The position numbers were made by a program, and so were the translations under genes. From positions 33,356,001-33,420,000 of the forward strand of contig OZ024748.1 in NCBI GenBank assembly GCA_964016885.1: DNA of 64,000 nucleotides. The letters are read 5' to 3'. Within the stretch, counting starts at the first letter, position 1. Each line of letters begins with the position of its first letter. Below, piece after piece: positions 27,156 through 41,622 of the stretch. The DNA comes from Eledone cirrhosa. Lineage: Eukaryota. The notes under the pieces are model-generated. The model had not been told where the DNA came from, did not search any database, and saw only the letters and a list, made by a program, of their open reading frames with translations.

Positions 27156-27568
27156 TGTAACAATGATGTTAATGACAACATATGTAGTTCGTGTGTAACA
27201 GAATTTATTAACAATGTTTAAGGTGAAAAGAGCTGGATTAAGCTTGGTTGGTTGGAATGCCAAAAGAAATGAACAAACAAATTAAGATCTGTAAGAGAAG
27301 ACATGGTCCAGTGGCTGAAGTGAGAAGCCAGGCCGCGGTAATGTTTTATAGTTACATATTGGAATGATGTTTGCGGAGCAAAAGCAAATGGCTGTTTACC
27401 TTAGCTAAGTCAAGCTGCAAGAGAATTAATTTATTAAAAAGAAGTGGGAATTTCTCCATTTGGGCGGAAGTTGAAATACATATCCTTACGCCGATAGCGA
27501 TTGGCTAAACTTAGCCAAACAATGTAAAGAAAGGGTATCAATGCGCCAAAGGAAAGTAGCTTGCTACA
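27156..27568 (-). mobile_element. Probable solo LTR
   Basis: Termini TGTAACAA...TTGCTACA; minus-strand ctataaaa (about 27345) and aataaa (about 27207); no matching TSD. Confidence 0.55.
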
Positions 27569-27569
27569 T

Positions 27570-28420
27570 ACACATCACATGTCATCTGCAGTCTTCTCTC
27601 CTGCACACAACATTTGATCCCTCTTATATCCAGTTTCGTTCTCAATTCTTTTACGTTTTGCTGTTCCCACAAACTACTGTTACACATCCATTGTAACATG
27701 CAGGCTTTGTTTCTTTCCAATCTCTGTAGATCCTTGGCACACAGAGCCCATGTTTCACTTCCATGTAACATTGCTGTGTCCACACAGGCATTGTACAGCT
27801 TGCCTTTTATCTTGAGTGAGAGACCTTTTGTAGGTAGCAATGGCAGTAACTCCCTGAACTTTTTCCATCCTGTTCTCACTCTGGCAACTGTATTTTCTGC
27901 ATAACCAACTCCGCAGTTGATTTGGTTACCCAGATAGCAGAAGCTCTCAACTATTTCTATGGGGTCCTCTGTGCAAATGAAGAGGCTTACTTCCTGAGGG
28001 TCTTTGCTTACTACCCCTGTGCAGGGTCCACATATGAAGTCTGTGTATTTTGCTAGCCTGCCTGTTTTCCCACTACATCTCTTGTGTACCCAGTTTGCAT
28101 TTGAGACACCGGATTGAGTTTCTACCTACTCCTTTCCTCCATACCGAGCAGGGCCATTTCTCTGAGTGGATCAGAGCCCTGTTGACTTTGAGACCTTTTG
28201 TTTCCAAGTTGTGCCTCCATGTCTGATATTTCTTCTCTAATTCTGTCATAGACTCGGCTAAGAGGGTCAGGTTGTCGGCATAAAGGATTTCCCATGAGCA
28301 ACCAATCTTAAATTCCAGTTATAGGCTGTAGGACAATATTAAAGAGGAGGGGGCTAAAGATGGAACCCTAATGGACCGCCACCTGTACACTGAATTCCTC
28401 ATAATACTCATTGTTGATTG
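27570..28420 (-). mobile_element. RTE LINE (family B) RT fragment with PHD remnant
   Basis: GVHQ/WEILYADNL, KWPCS..GVGRNS..WVHKRCSG, RTGWKKFRELLPLL..AMLHGSETWAL. Confidence 0.85.
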
Positions 28421-29449
28421 TTGAAATGAAAAGAACGAAAACGAATCAAGCAACGAAAATAATGGAAGGGGGAGAGGGACAGACGTTATATTTCAGTCTG
28501 AGCAGTGATTCAGCCTCACTCTACAGACAAAATAGCAAAAGTGTTAACACAGAAAATAGCCAGAGACCCCCAACTGCAGCATACACCCTACTTTATGGGA
28601 CTACTTTCTCAAGTGGGCTGCTGTCTTTCTAATTTTGAGGAGAAAATCAGCAGTGTGGGGGACAAAGATGACATGGTTAGTCAGGCCCCGGTATTTAACT
28701 ATCTCCCTCTTCTCTCTATTGCAGGTAGTAAAGCCAGGGTTTATGGCCGAAGTGAAAAGGTTGGAGGCAGGGAATAATGCAACCCATGCTAAACCTCCAA
28801 CTAAAGCTACTACTTGTCTTTTTCAGCTGTGGAGATTAGAGATATGTGGAATGATGTGTCTTGCTTAAGGACACGAACTACCTCCAAAGCTGAGAATTGA
28901 AAACATGATATTGCGATATGCTGTATGACTTCACTTTAAAATATATGTGTTTGTATACATATATATAGCATACATTTGTGTGTATACATTGTCATATTCC
29001 ATGAGAGTAACTTGGTCAGCCTATGAACTCTTCAGCCGAACATTATATATAAATATACATGTTTGTCAGTGTGTGTGTACATATGTATATATAATGTTGT
29101 CAAAACTTCTATATACACGATATTTAATATTGTCCAATATATATAGACCATATATAATGCTGTCCAAAGTAATGGCTGAAACAGCTTGACCTCAGTGATG
29201 TCACAGCTCATCATCATTTAAGGTCCAGTTTCCCTGCTAGCAAAGGTTACACAGGTTGTCTTCAAAGATCAAGGTGGGGTTGGGGTCCTCCTTTCAGTTA
29301 CATATGGTCACACCTTCTACTGGGTGTATCTTGTTGTGGCACCAATACTAAAGTGATTGTCATGTCCTTTACACAGCAGAAGGGTCCACCCAACCCTTTT
29401 TTAACCGGTTTTCGATAGCTGGATGCCCTTCCTATCACCAATATTCATC

Positions 29450-29716
29450 ATATATATATATGTATATATATATACACTATACAGTCTATATATATACACT
29501 ATATATATATATATGCACTATACAGTCTATATATATATACATTACATATATATATATATATATACACTACATATATATATATATATATGCACTATACAGT
29601 CTATATATATACACTACATATATATGCACTATACAGTCTATATATATATACACTACATATATAGGCTGTAGGACTATACAGTCTATATATATACACTACA
29701 TATATATATATATATA
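29450..29716. repeat. Compound (TA)/(CA) microsatellite
   Basis: tatatacactatacagtc units; these generate the spurious YI-rich ORFs. Confidence 0.9.
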
Positions 29717-29864
29717 CCGTATTTCCCATCCTCGAAGACGCACCCTAATTTTGACAACCTAAAATTTAAAAATGAAAAATAAACCTTCGGCCTCCAGGAC
29801 GTATGGTAGATTTTTGCAATTTATTTTAAGAAAAAAGTAGCTTATTCGACGCCGGTAAGTACAG
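29717..29864. mobile_element. Tc2/pogo-type MITE
   Basis: TA|ccgtatttccc..gaagacgcacc ... gacgccggtaagtacag|TA. Confidence 0.55.
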
Positions 29865-29979
29865 TAGTATCTATTCTATACATAAAATATATTATGTTAT
29901 CCATAGGGAGGTCAAAGGCTGATACTATTTGGTGCCAGTGTCTTCAGAACTAATATATACACTATATATATATCCTCTA

Positions 29980-30500
29980 CATATACTGGGCAGTATTCTG
30001 AGCAACAGTGGCAACATTGAGCTGAACATCGACTGCAGTGTTCCAATGGATTCACTCCATCTGGTCAAACAGAGCCATTAGCATGTATTTTAAACTCTGC
30101 TTGTACACTAGCATTGTACTGCCCATCTCTGACTGTGAAATAGGGAGACGCACTGTGAAGATGGATTGGTCTCTAAAAACTTTCCATCAAAGGAGCCTGC
30201 ATAAGATTCTAAAGTTCAGCTGGAGAGATCCTGTGGAAAGCAGGGTCACATACACTGCAGGAGATCATCATGGAATGTTGGTTCCATTTTGCAGGTCACA
30301 TTCTGCATCTCCCAAAAGATCACCCGTCCAAAACAGCGATGACATGGATTCCCCTTGAAGACAAGTGGAAAAGTGGTCAACCGAAGATGACCTGGTGGAA
30401 CACATTCCAAAATGACCCACAAACTGTCAACATCAGCTGCCATGGATGTCAACAAGCTGTCACCAACTGAAATCATTGGAGACAATTAGTTGACAACCAA
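29980..30500 (+). mobile_element. RTE-clade LINE 3' fragment
   Basis: LGSILSNSG, FHQRSLHKILKFSWRD, WFHFAGHILHLPKDHPSKTAMTWIP..GQPKMTW. Confidence 0.7.
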
Positions 30501-32039
30501 GCCCAGGAATTGAACTCACAAGTTTATCATTGAGTCAACACCCTAACCAATACTCTATTACCTTTTACTCATGACTTAAAGGGATCCTGTGAAAACAAAG
30601 GCAATAATACCCCATTGAGATGATCAACTGGTCAATCTATCAAATAAAATGACCATCATCATCATCATTCACTGTCCACTATCACTAAAACATAGGAAGA
30701 CATGTAGCTTAGTGGTAAGAGAGTTGGATTGACAACCATGAGGTTCTGAGTTCAATTCCTAGACTAGGTAATGTGTTAAGTCTTTCAGCAAGACACTTTA
30801 TTTCACTTTGCTCTATCTGCCAGGAGTTACAACTGGTAGATTGTAGATTATATCATCAATTGGAAAGTCCAATGGAAACATTGTTTCCTTGGTCCAATCT
30901 GATGAGTTCCACTCCACTTGGTAAGTAAGGTCTGAGATGTTGACATTTGTTACAAAAAAAAAAATTACTAAAATCAAGATACTGGGTTGGTATAGCTACC
31001 TGGTTTGGATGTGTTGTTTTGTGGTATGACGTGTGTCTGTTGTGTGGGATGGGGTGTGTATTGTGGTGTAGTAATGTGGTGTGTGTGTGCAGAGTGATGT
31101 AGTGTGTAGTGTATAGAGGAAATTTTACACACATAGGACGTAAAAGGGGTGTGTGAGGACTCTACCCTTTACAACCCTCTCAGGAATAAATAGGTAAAGA
31201 TAAAGAAAGTTGTAAAGTATTTTCAAATGTTAATTTTTTTTAAAAAGTCCTAAATTGAACTGTCATGACCGTACCATCCAACAAATACTGAAGTTATAAA
31301 ATTGTTTTTATTTAAACATAAATGTAGATATTTTGTCACAAATATGAATATATATTTTGCTTTGTTTTTTGTTCAAATGATGGAGTATAGGGGTGCCATT
31401 GTGGACATTTGAAGCTTGGTGAAGCCCTTCACTCACCAGGTTGGAACAGTTGATTTCTTCCAGAGAAGGAGAGAGAATGTGAGAGAGGACGTGAGAAAGC
31501 AATATAGAGAGGAACAACAGTAGACCGGTACTTTTTTGTTATCAACCTTGAATGGACGAAAGGCAAAGTTGACCTCAGCAGGATTTAAACCCAGAGCAGA
31601 GAACCAGAACAGATATGGCAGAAAGCATTATATCCATTGTTTTATAGACTTTAAATAAATATTTCTACTTTTAACTCAAGGCCAGCAATTGGAATGGAAG
31701 GAGAAAGTTGATTAAATCAACACCAGTGGATTACTGGTACTTTATTTTACTGAACCTCTGAGGAAGAAAAGTAAAGCTAACCTCAGCAAGATTTTAATAC
31801 AGAATGTAAAGGTATGTAACTATGACACAAAGCATATCGTCTGACACTCTACTGATTCTGCAAATCCACCACCCTCAACAAAGAAATGAGAATGTATCTC
31901 TATAAGAAACCTTAATGACAAATAATATGAAGTAGAACTTCCTCCAGAGTGTATTTGTGGATTACAATACAAAACCTCTGAGAATGATTTCCAACATATT
32001 TCACCATAATAAATGTTCATTAGTATATATTATTATCAT

Positions 32040-32340
32040 TATCATTTATTAGGTCAGGTGGATTGGCCAGAACAATTCTACTCTCCTTTTTTAGATGTCA
32101 CGATCTTCCATGGCATTCCTGAGATCATTAATCTCCAGCTGGACATCCAGAGACATCTGATCTATGTAGGTCAATCTCGGTCATCCCACTAGGGTCTTAC
32201 TATGTTTAGGTATCCACCACAGGAGCCAGCTCATCAGGTCAACCTACCCTCAGTAGCAATGTCCAGCATATATTGTCCTCCACTCCCTAGTTATTGTGGT
32301 AATCTTCGATATATGGGAGTATATTTCTTCCGCTTGAGTG
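32040..32340 (-). mobile_element. RTE/RTEX-like 3' fragment carried in the duplicated ZNF unit
   Basis: YRRLPQ..AGHCY..PRLTYIDQMSLD..LRNAMEDRD; copies at 35960-36120, 36440-36500 and 44250-44480. Confidence 0.65.
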
Positions 32341-32409
32341 AGATATATATATATATATATACACACATATATATGTTAAGATGTATAAGAGAAGGATTTC
32401 ATATTTGAC

Positions 32410-33188
<779 letters not shown>

Positions 33189-33799
33189 TTATATAAAGGA
33201 TTCTCACCACTTTTACTTATATATTAAGAAATGTAGATATCGTTAATATATGCTATGTAGTCTAATATACAAAGTTTCCATAAAAGACTGAAGAACTTAG
33301 CTTTCTTCTTCTACAAAGTTGTAATGTAGCATTTAGTTGGTACAAGTAATAAGATATATGACAGCCCAAGATTGATTTTCGATGAAGAAAATTCAAGCGT
33401 ATATTATATAATTCAATCAGAGAGAGAGAGTGTGAGAGAGGGGGTGGGGAGATAGAGAGATGTGTGTGTGTGGTGTGTAGAAATATGTGTGTACGTGTTG
33501 TAATAAATCAAGATATTTCACTTCAGGTAGAAAAGTTCACAATATGTGTGTTGTGATAGAAAACGAAATAATACGCACTTTGGTTTTCAAGACCAAATAT
33601 AAAGTCAAGAAAAGTTAGTAAAAACTAAATGTTCACTGATTTATGATTAAAAAGACATTTTCCTGTCCCGTAAAATGTTGAACAACCACTTCAATATTTA
33701 ATAATACAGGTGAGAAAACAACAACTATAAGGTAAATAAGTCACCTGATGTTATTTATAAACATTAACGTTCACCTTAATATGAAATAATCATCATAAA

Positions 33800-34440
33800 A
33801 GAGGAAGCGATGGCATCGGCTACTGACACCCGGGTTGCTCTCGGGATCCTGAGTGGGATATTCCGGCGCCGCCTGAGCCAAGCGATGTTGACCAGCGAGG
33901 CTTGGGCATCAGGCAAGCTCGTTGTCTCATCTGGTGGTGTGCTAGATGGCCGTGGCTGGGCAGACGAGACGAAGAGACAGTTTCAGCTTCTCCACGCTGC
34001 GAGGGCACTGGAGGCTTGACGCAACAAGCCAACAGAGGTGAGGTGGTGGAAGCAGCCGCACCCCATCAGTTCCGTCCCCTCTCGCGTCTATTCATGGTGC
34101 TGCAGGGGGAGGGGGCACTGGGGCACCAAGCGGTGAGTGGCTGGTTGTCACCAGCCTAGGTGCTAGGCACAACTGTGTGGGTGGAAGGGAAAATGCTGAT
34201 AAGAGGGCCTCATAGCTCACCTACATCAGATATGGAGGAGTCAGAAGACAAGAGAGAAAAGAACGGAGTGCATGGAGGGGGGGACACACAAGAAGGTAGA
34301 ATGTTAGCAAATAAATAAATGAATGAATGGATGAATGTACAAAAAAGAAAACAGGCAGTTGTTCCCAGCGGAAAGACCCACAGTTCAGCGCGCACACATG
34401 CGAGCATGTTAGCAGTTTCTCATAGAAACTTGTTGCTAAA
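33800..34440 (-). mobile_element. GC-rich insertion, possibly a 5' fragment of a CRE-like non-LTR element
   Basis: Abrupt GC shift that truncates the duplication unit. A minus frame reads LVNIAWLRRRRNIPLRIPRATRVSVADAIAS, resembling the pre-RT RIPKxARxxxAxxL motif of CRE elements. Confidence 0.35.
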
Positions 34441-36229
34441 GGTGAGTCTTTCAATCCTGAAAACACGTGTTGTTATTGTCACTGATGATGGAGTTGGCTT
34501 CCTCTTGTTAATGGTAGTGTTTGCTGGTAAGTTATTGGTGTATACACATATATGTTGTTGTTAATGTCACCGCTGCTGTCGCTGCCTTCCTCTTGTTAAT
34601 GGTAGTGATAATTGTTGGTGCTACCTATATCGGCTGTCAAGCTGGCTGCTCTATCAGCTTCTGTGAGTGATGCTCCAATGGTCTTGACCGAAGATGCAGG
34701 TAAATGGCTTTTAAATAAATATATTCTCTATTTTTCTTTTGTCTCTTTCTAATCCGATTCAATATCATCAATTGGAAAGACCAATGGAAACATTGTTTCC
34801 TTGGTCCAATCTTGGTCCACTTGGTAAGTAAGAACTGTGATGTTGAGATTTGTTACCAAAAAAATCACTAAAATCAAGATACTGGGTTGGTATAACTACC
34901 TGGTTTGTATGTGTGGTGTGGCATGATGTGTATATTGTGGTGTTTTGATGTGGTATGTGTGTGTGCAGGGTGATGTGTAGTGTAAAGAGGAAATTTTACA
35001 CACATAGGACCTAAAAGGGGTCTGTGAGGACTCTACCCCCTACAACCCTCTCAGAAATAAATGGGTGAAGAAAAAGAAGAAAGTTGTAAAGTATTTTCAA
35101 ATGTGAATTATTTTTTTAAAAAGTCAAAATTTGAAATGTCATGAAAGTACCATCCAACAAATATTAAAGTTATGCAATTGTTTTTATTTTCACATGTGGA
35201 TATTTTGTCATAAATATAAACCAGTTAAGGTTTACAAAGTAAACACATACAAACACATCGATGATTTTTTTTTTAAATGATGTAGTCATAAGGGTGTCAC
35301 TGTGGACATTTGAAACTTGGTGGAGCCCTTCACTCTCCAGGTTTGAACAGTTGATTTTCCCAGAGAAGGAGAGAGAATGAGAGAGAGGAAGTGAGATAGA
35401 AATATAGAGAGGAAGAACAGACCCCAGTGATAGACTGGTATTGTTTTTTATCAACCTTGAATGGACGAAAGAAAGTTGACCTCAGCCGGATTTAAACTCA
35501 AAGAGCAGAGAACCAGGTTAAATATGGCAGAAAGCATTCTATCTATTGTTTTATAGACTTTAAATGTTTCTACTTTTAACTCAAGGCCAGCAATTTGAAG
35601 AGAAAGGGGAATCCCAATTAAATCAGGCCCAGTGCATTACTATTAGTTTTTTATCAACCTTTAATGGATGAAAGTCAAAGTTGACCATGGCAGGATTTAA
35701 ACCCAGAACATAAAGGACTGTAACTTTGACACAAAGCATATCGTCTGACACTCTGCTGATTCTGCCAATCCACCACCCTCAACAATGAAATAAGATTGTG
35801 TCTCTGTAAGAGCCCTTAATGACAAATAATATGAAAGGGTACTTTCTACAGGCTGTATTTATTAATTACAATACAAAACCTCTGAGAATGATTTCCAACA
35901 TATTTCACCATAATAAATGTTCATCAATATATATTAACATTATTCTTATTTTCTGTTCGCATGTGGAGTCATCCCACTAGGGTCTTACAGTGTTTAGGTA
36001 TCTACAACAATAGACAACTCATCCTACTCTCAGTAGCAATGTCCAGCGTATCTTGTCCTATGCTCCCTAGTTATTGTGGTAATCTTTGATATATGTCAGT
36101 ATATTTCTTCCCTTTGAGTAATGTATTAAAAAATGAAAATAATAAAATATATATATATACACACAATATGTATAAGATTTCTCAAGCTTCACATTTTATA
36201 TTCTGACTTCCAAAGTGTGTCTATATATT

Positions 36230-36440
<211 letters not shown>

Positions 36441-36554
36441 CCCAAGTTATTGTGGTAATCTTCGATATATATCAGTATATTTCTTCCCTTTCAGTAATAT
36501 ATTAAATAATAATATATATATATATTCACACACATATATTTTGAGATGTATAAG

Positions 36555-37154
36555 AGGATTTCTTAAACTGCATACCTTACATTTCCATCGAAATTGGTCG
36601 ATTCCTTCTTTGTAACTTACAAACGAACAGGAAATATTACAAGAAGGACAGTTCATAGTGTTTAAAAGTAATCGGTTCTGAGCCATAAATTCGATAATAC
36701 TGAGTTTGTTTGCAGTTAAAATCGCCAGTTCCCTCATTTTCAAATCCATATTTAACGTCTGCTGTGATGAATTAACATTTTCAACAATGAAAATTGGTGC
36801 ACGTGGACGTCCAGGCATTTTCTTTATTCAGAATTTCAGTTTAAAATCAATTAGAACTATGTTATTTCACCTTTAACAATATCTGCATTGAAATGACCGG
36901 CAGGGAGATAGTTATGCCAATTCGTGGAAAATACCCAAAGATTATGTATATTAATATAAGTTTCACTTTATTGTGGAAAATAACCCAAAATTATAAATAT
37001 TAGCCCTCTGTCGGTGATTATCTTATAATTGATTTTAAACTGAAATTCATAAAGTGAAACTTATATTAATATACATAATCTTTGGGTATTTTCCACGAAT
37101 TGGCATAACTGCAGCAAGTAAGCGGCATTTTGACCGTTAAATTTGGATATCGCC
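36555..37154 (-). mobile_element. Merlin (IS1595-like) DNA transposon: 5' TIR and N-terminal zinc-ribbon fragment of the transposase
   Basis: MRELAILTANKLSIIEFMAQNRLL..CPSC..DQFRWKCKVC; TIR GGCGATATCCAAATT at 37154; subterminal inverted repeats 36910-36970/37049-37110. Confidence 0.75.
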
Positions 37155-37468
37155 AAGATATGTAGATATGGTTAATAGATGCTATGTAGTTTAATATACA
37201 AAGAGTCCATAAAAGATTGGAGAACTCAGCTTTCTTCTTCTACAAAGTTGTAATGTAGCATTCAGTTGGTACATGTAATAAGACATTTGTCAGCGTAAGA
37301 CTGATCTTGGATGAAGAAAAAGCAAGTGTTTATATATATATATATATATATGTAAAGTTATATTTAAAATTGTTGGGTTACAACTAGTAAATATTTATAA
37401 CTGATATAAAAGCACTCGACAAATATTTGGAGTATATTTACAATATTAAATAAATGGAAAACTATATT

Positions 37469-37534
37469 TATTTCATTATATATATTTCGGGGATATCATA
37501 TTAACAATATGCTATGCCTTCATCAGACAAAATA
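37469..37534 (-). ncRNA. Minimal type-I hammerhead ribozyme (mirror copy, left arm)
   Basis: Exact reverse complement of 37682-37747. Confidence 0.75.
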
Positions 37535-37681
37535 CAATATAAACAGTTTTATAGATAAATATATTCGACATACCGTAATAAACATCGACTTCATTTTCAC
37601 TGCTAGCGTAAACCTCTTCAAATGAAGTCGATGTTTATTACGGTATGTCGAATATATTTATCTATAAAACTGTTTATATTG

Positions 37682-37747
37682 TATTTTGTCTGATGAAGGC
37701 ATAGCATATTGTTAATATGATATCCCCGAAATATATATAATGAAATA
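37682..37747 (+). ncRNA. Minimal type-I hammerhead ribozyme (right arm)
   Basis: tattttgt CTGATGA a-ggcatagcatatt-gtt-aatatgatatccc-c GAAA tatata TA atgaaata: 8-bp stem I, long stem II, palindromic stem III, AUA site. Confidence 0.75.
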
Positions 37748-39204
37748 AATATAGTTTTCCATTTATTTAATAGTATATATATATATATATATGTGTGTGA
37801 TTATTGTGGAGTATACCACTATTATTTTTGCTTGCTAAGGTGAGAGAAACTCTATTCACAATAAAATCCTCAGTTCATAAAACAGACGAATAAGTCTTCG
37901 TAAGTTAAAGTTTTTGTTAATGAGGACAGTTCAGGGGACAAGAGAATTAATATTCATAATTTCGAAAGACGAAGGTTAAGATATATACATATATATATAC
38001 ATACAGTGTGTACGTATGAGAGAGAGAAATAGACGCGTGTGTGTGTAGTAATACGAGTTGTAATAAGTCAAGATATTTCACTTCAGATAGAAAAGTTCAC
38101 AATGTGTGTGTTGTGATGGAAAACGAAATAATACGTACTTTAGTTTTCAAGACCAAATATAAAGTCAATAAAAGTTAGTAAAAACTAAATGTTCACTGAT
38201 TTCTGATTAAAATAATATTTTCCTGTCCTGTAACATGTTGAACAACCACTTCAATATTTAATAATACAGGTGATAAAACAACAACTATAAGGTAAATAAG
38301 TCACCTTATGTTATTTACAAACATTAACGTTCACCTTAATATGAAATAATCACCATTAACGATAAAATTAGATGAGGTTTAAGTTGTAACGATGGAGCTG
38401 ATAGAAATGGTAATTTTTCACTGTCTAGTTGACACTGGTGTCATGACTTAAAAGTCCCCTACATAATTTAATACATTCAGAAACAACTTCAGTTTACACG
38501 TTCAATCGATATGTTTGTTCTTTATTCAGATTTGTATAAATAATATTATTAATTTTATATAACTGTTTATATTAAAACAAAACACATTATTAAAGGTAAT
38601 ATACTAGAAATGTAAATAACGAAAAATGAAAATGAATGAAGCTACTAAAATACCTGTTTCTATTTTTGGCACAAGGCCAGCAATTATTTCAGTGCATTAC
38701 TGGTACTTTATTTTATCGACCCCATAAGGATAAAAGGCAAAGTTAACCTGGGCAGGATCTGAGCTCAGACCGTAAAGGGGCGTGACTCTATCCTGCAAAG
38801 CATGGCATCCGACCCTCTACTCATACTGGTAATCCACCTAATGTGAGAGGGACAGACACTATACTCCTGTCTGAGCTGTGACTCAGCCCCTCCCTATCTT
38901 CCTCTTCTCTCTATTACAGGCAGTGAAGCCTGGGTTTGTGGCTGCAGTTAAAAGGTTGGAGGCAGAGATCCAACCCATGCTAAACATCCAACTAATTCTG
39001 TTACTTGTCTTTTTCAGCTGTGGAGATTAAAGACTTGTGGAATGATGTGTCTTGCTTAAGGACACAATGTACCTCCCTAGCTGAGAATTGAACACATAAT
39101 AGGATGTATGACTTCACTATATATACATATATGTGTGTGTGTATAGACATTTATATATATGTGAGTGCGTATGTACATATGCATACATATGTGCTATATA
39201 TATG

Positions 39205-41622
39205 AAACAAACGAAGCATTTAATATTGGCTGTTGGAACATACGGACAATGCTAGACAGGGATTCCTCCGAACCTCCTGAATGAAGGACTGCTCTTGTTG
39301 CAAAGGAGCTTCGTCGTAACGATCTTCACATCGTGGCTTTATCTGAGACAAGGTTAGCTCGAGGTGGTCCTCTTACAGAATTTGTGGAAAATATACATTC
39401 TTCTGGAAAGGAAGAGATGAAGAAACCAGAAGATAGGCTGGGGTAGCATTTGCTGTAAGACAGCTTTTGTGGATAAATTGGAAGAATTCCCACTGGGGAT
39501 TAATGAGCGTCTTATGTCCATGAGGATTCCGCTGGACAAAGGAAGACATGCGACCCTGGGTAGTGTGTATGCTCCAACTATAAATTCTGTTGATGAAGAA
39601 AAAGTGTCTTTCTACCATGAAAGGTTTTAAGAAATATCCCTCAGGCAGACAAGGTCATCGTGCTTGGTGACTCTAATGCTAGAGTGGGTAGGGATTTTAA
39701 CAGATGGAATGTGATCAGAAGGCATGGGGTGGGAAAGTGTAACACCAATGGTATGCTCCTGCTGCAGATATGTGAGGAGCTGGATCTGTGAGTTACCATC
39801 ACCATGTTCCAGAAAAGAACAAATTTAAGACCACATTGATGCATCCTGCATCTAAAGAATGGCATCTTTTGGAAGATTTCCTCAATATCATTCTTGAAAA
39901 ACCTGTGAAAGTAGCTCTCGCAGAACCACTGTTGCTGTGGAGGTTGCAATAGCTATCTCGAGGCAGAACAGTGGAAGGTCTCCAGGTATGGATGGCACAC
40001 ATGCAGAGCTATATGGTGGTGAGAGACTTCTGTGAATATGGGCTAGTGAATCCGTACCTGAGAACTGGAGAGATGCAGTAATGGTGGTCTTGTACAAGGG
40101 AAAGGCTAACAAGAATGATTGTGGAAACTATGGGGGTATATCATTGCTTTCTGTTGTAGGAAAAATTTTATGTAGGGTGCTTCTGGACCATCTGCTGACA
40201 CACATTGCAGATTGTGTTCTTCCTGAAAGTCAATCTGTTTTTTGTGCTGGACACAGTACTACTGATATGATCTTCTCAGCTAGACAGCTCCAGAAGTGCA
40301 TGGAAAAATGTTTGGATCTGTATCAGGTTTTTGTCGGTCTGACAAAATTCTTTTGATACTGTTAACAGGAATGCATTGTGGAAGGTTCTCCAGAAACTTG
40401 GTTGCCCTGATAAGTTCCTTGCTTTAGTCAGGTCTTTCCATGACAACATGAAGACTTGGGTTAATGTCAGAGCCTATCTCAATAAAAAAATGGAGTGAAA
40501 CAGGGGTATATTCCAGCTCCGACCTTGTTTGCCATATACTTTGCAACGGTTTTCTATATTGCATTCAAGAATTGCAAGCATGGTATTTAGATCTACTACC
40601 TCTGGCAGCATATTTAACATCAGGCGCTTTACTGCAAAAACAAAAGTATTTACATCAATCATAAGAGACCTCTTGTATGCAGATGATTGCAATCTTGTAG
40701 CGCACACATATGCTGCACATTTTAAATGCATTTTCTGATGCTTGCACTGCCCTAGGATTGACTGTCAGTCTCAAGAAAACCGACGTCATGTACTAACCTG
40801 CCCCTGGTAAGCAGTAAAGGGAACCAAATAAGTATGGTAAACAACTTGGAGTAGTTGATCAGTTTGTCTACCTGAGAAGCACTGTCAATCAATACAGCAA
40901 GGATGAAGGATTCTAGAATACGAAACAACTCTTTTATGGAGAGTTAGTTAAAGGAAAACGACCTCCACATAAACCCAAAAAGAGGTATAAGGATTCGTTG
41001 AAAGCCTCTTTGAAAGATGCTTACATCTCTGCTGATACATGGAAAAGCATTGCTGCTGATTGTAATAAATGGAGAAAGACTGCACATGAGGGGAAAGCTG
41101 CTTTTGAAGCATCTCGAATCGCATACGAGAAAGTAAAATGGGATGAGAGGAAGGGCATTGCTGTTGCATTTCCTGACAGCGAAGGTCCTCCTATGGTGCT
41201 GACATGCAGCATCTGTGCGAGACTCTGCCTCAGCAAAGCTGGACTCGAAAGTCATCTTCGCAGTCATAAAGTGAGACCAGTGGTTTATTACCAGGCTGCA
41301 GTTGGGGATGCTATTCATCATGCTTGCCAAGCATGTGGTAGAGAATATAAATCAGCAGGAGGGCTCAAACGACATGCAAAAGTACATGAACTCCAACCAC
41401 AGCCGGCTATTCCCAGTGAACATTTTGGTTGCTAGCTCTGTGCAAGACATTTTAGATCATTGGCTGGGCTAAAAAGCCACATTCGATCGCAACACCGTTA
41501 ATTGTTGTATGTGTGTGTGTGAGTATAAATATATATATATTTTATTATTATTATTATTATTGTTATTATTTTTTTTTTTTCATGCAATGGCGATACTCGA
41601 TAACGAGGGGGCAGCCATCATA
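39205..41622 (+). mobile_element. RTE-BovB-type LINE (APE, RT and three C-terminal C2H2 fingers), internally deleted and frameshifted
   Basis: NIGCWNIRTMLD..IVALSETRL; SVYAPT; VLGDSNARVG; LYKGK..DCGNYGGISLLSVVGKIL; RDLLYADD; then CSICARLCLSKAGLESHLRSH, CQACGREYKSAGGLKRHAKVH and C*LCARHFRSLAGLKSHIRSQH; 3' stem-loop ctcgataacgag. Confidence 0.9.

Larger units (their letters stand above)
37444..37772. repeat. Perfect palindrome: 153-bp arms and 23-nt spacer, Penelope pLTR-like, in (TA)n
   Basis: 37444-37596 is the reverse complement of 37620-37772. Confidence 0.95.

Noticed and set aside
29423-29762. YI-rich ORFs (also near 3082, 42114 and 62019)
   Set aside because: Translations of (TA)n/(CA)n microsatellites.
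30696-30770. tRNA gene
   Set aside because: A/B boxes are present, but there is no clean cloverleaf and it continues into a SINE body.
30858-30915. Hammerhead around ctgatgag next to the hairpin gaccaatggaaac/gtttccttggtc (also near 3055 and 34775)
   Set aside because: There is no GAAA after a stem II and no room for stem I, and the CTGATGA is not conserved in the other two copies.
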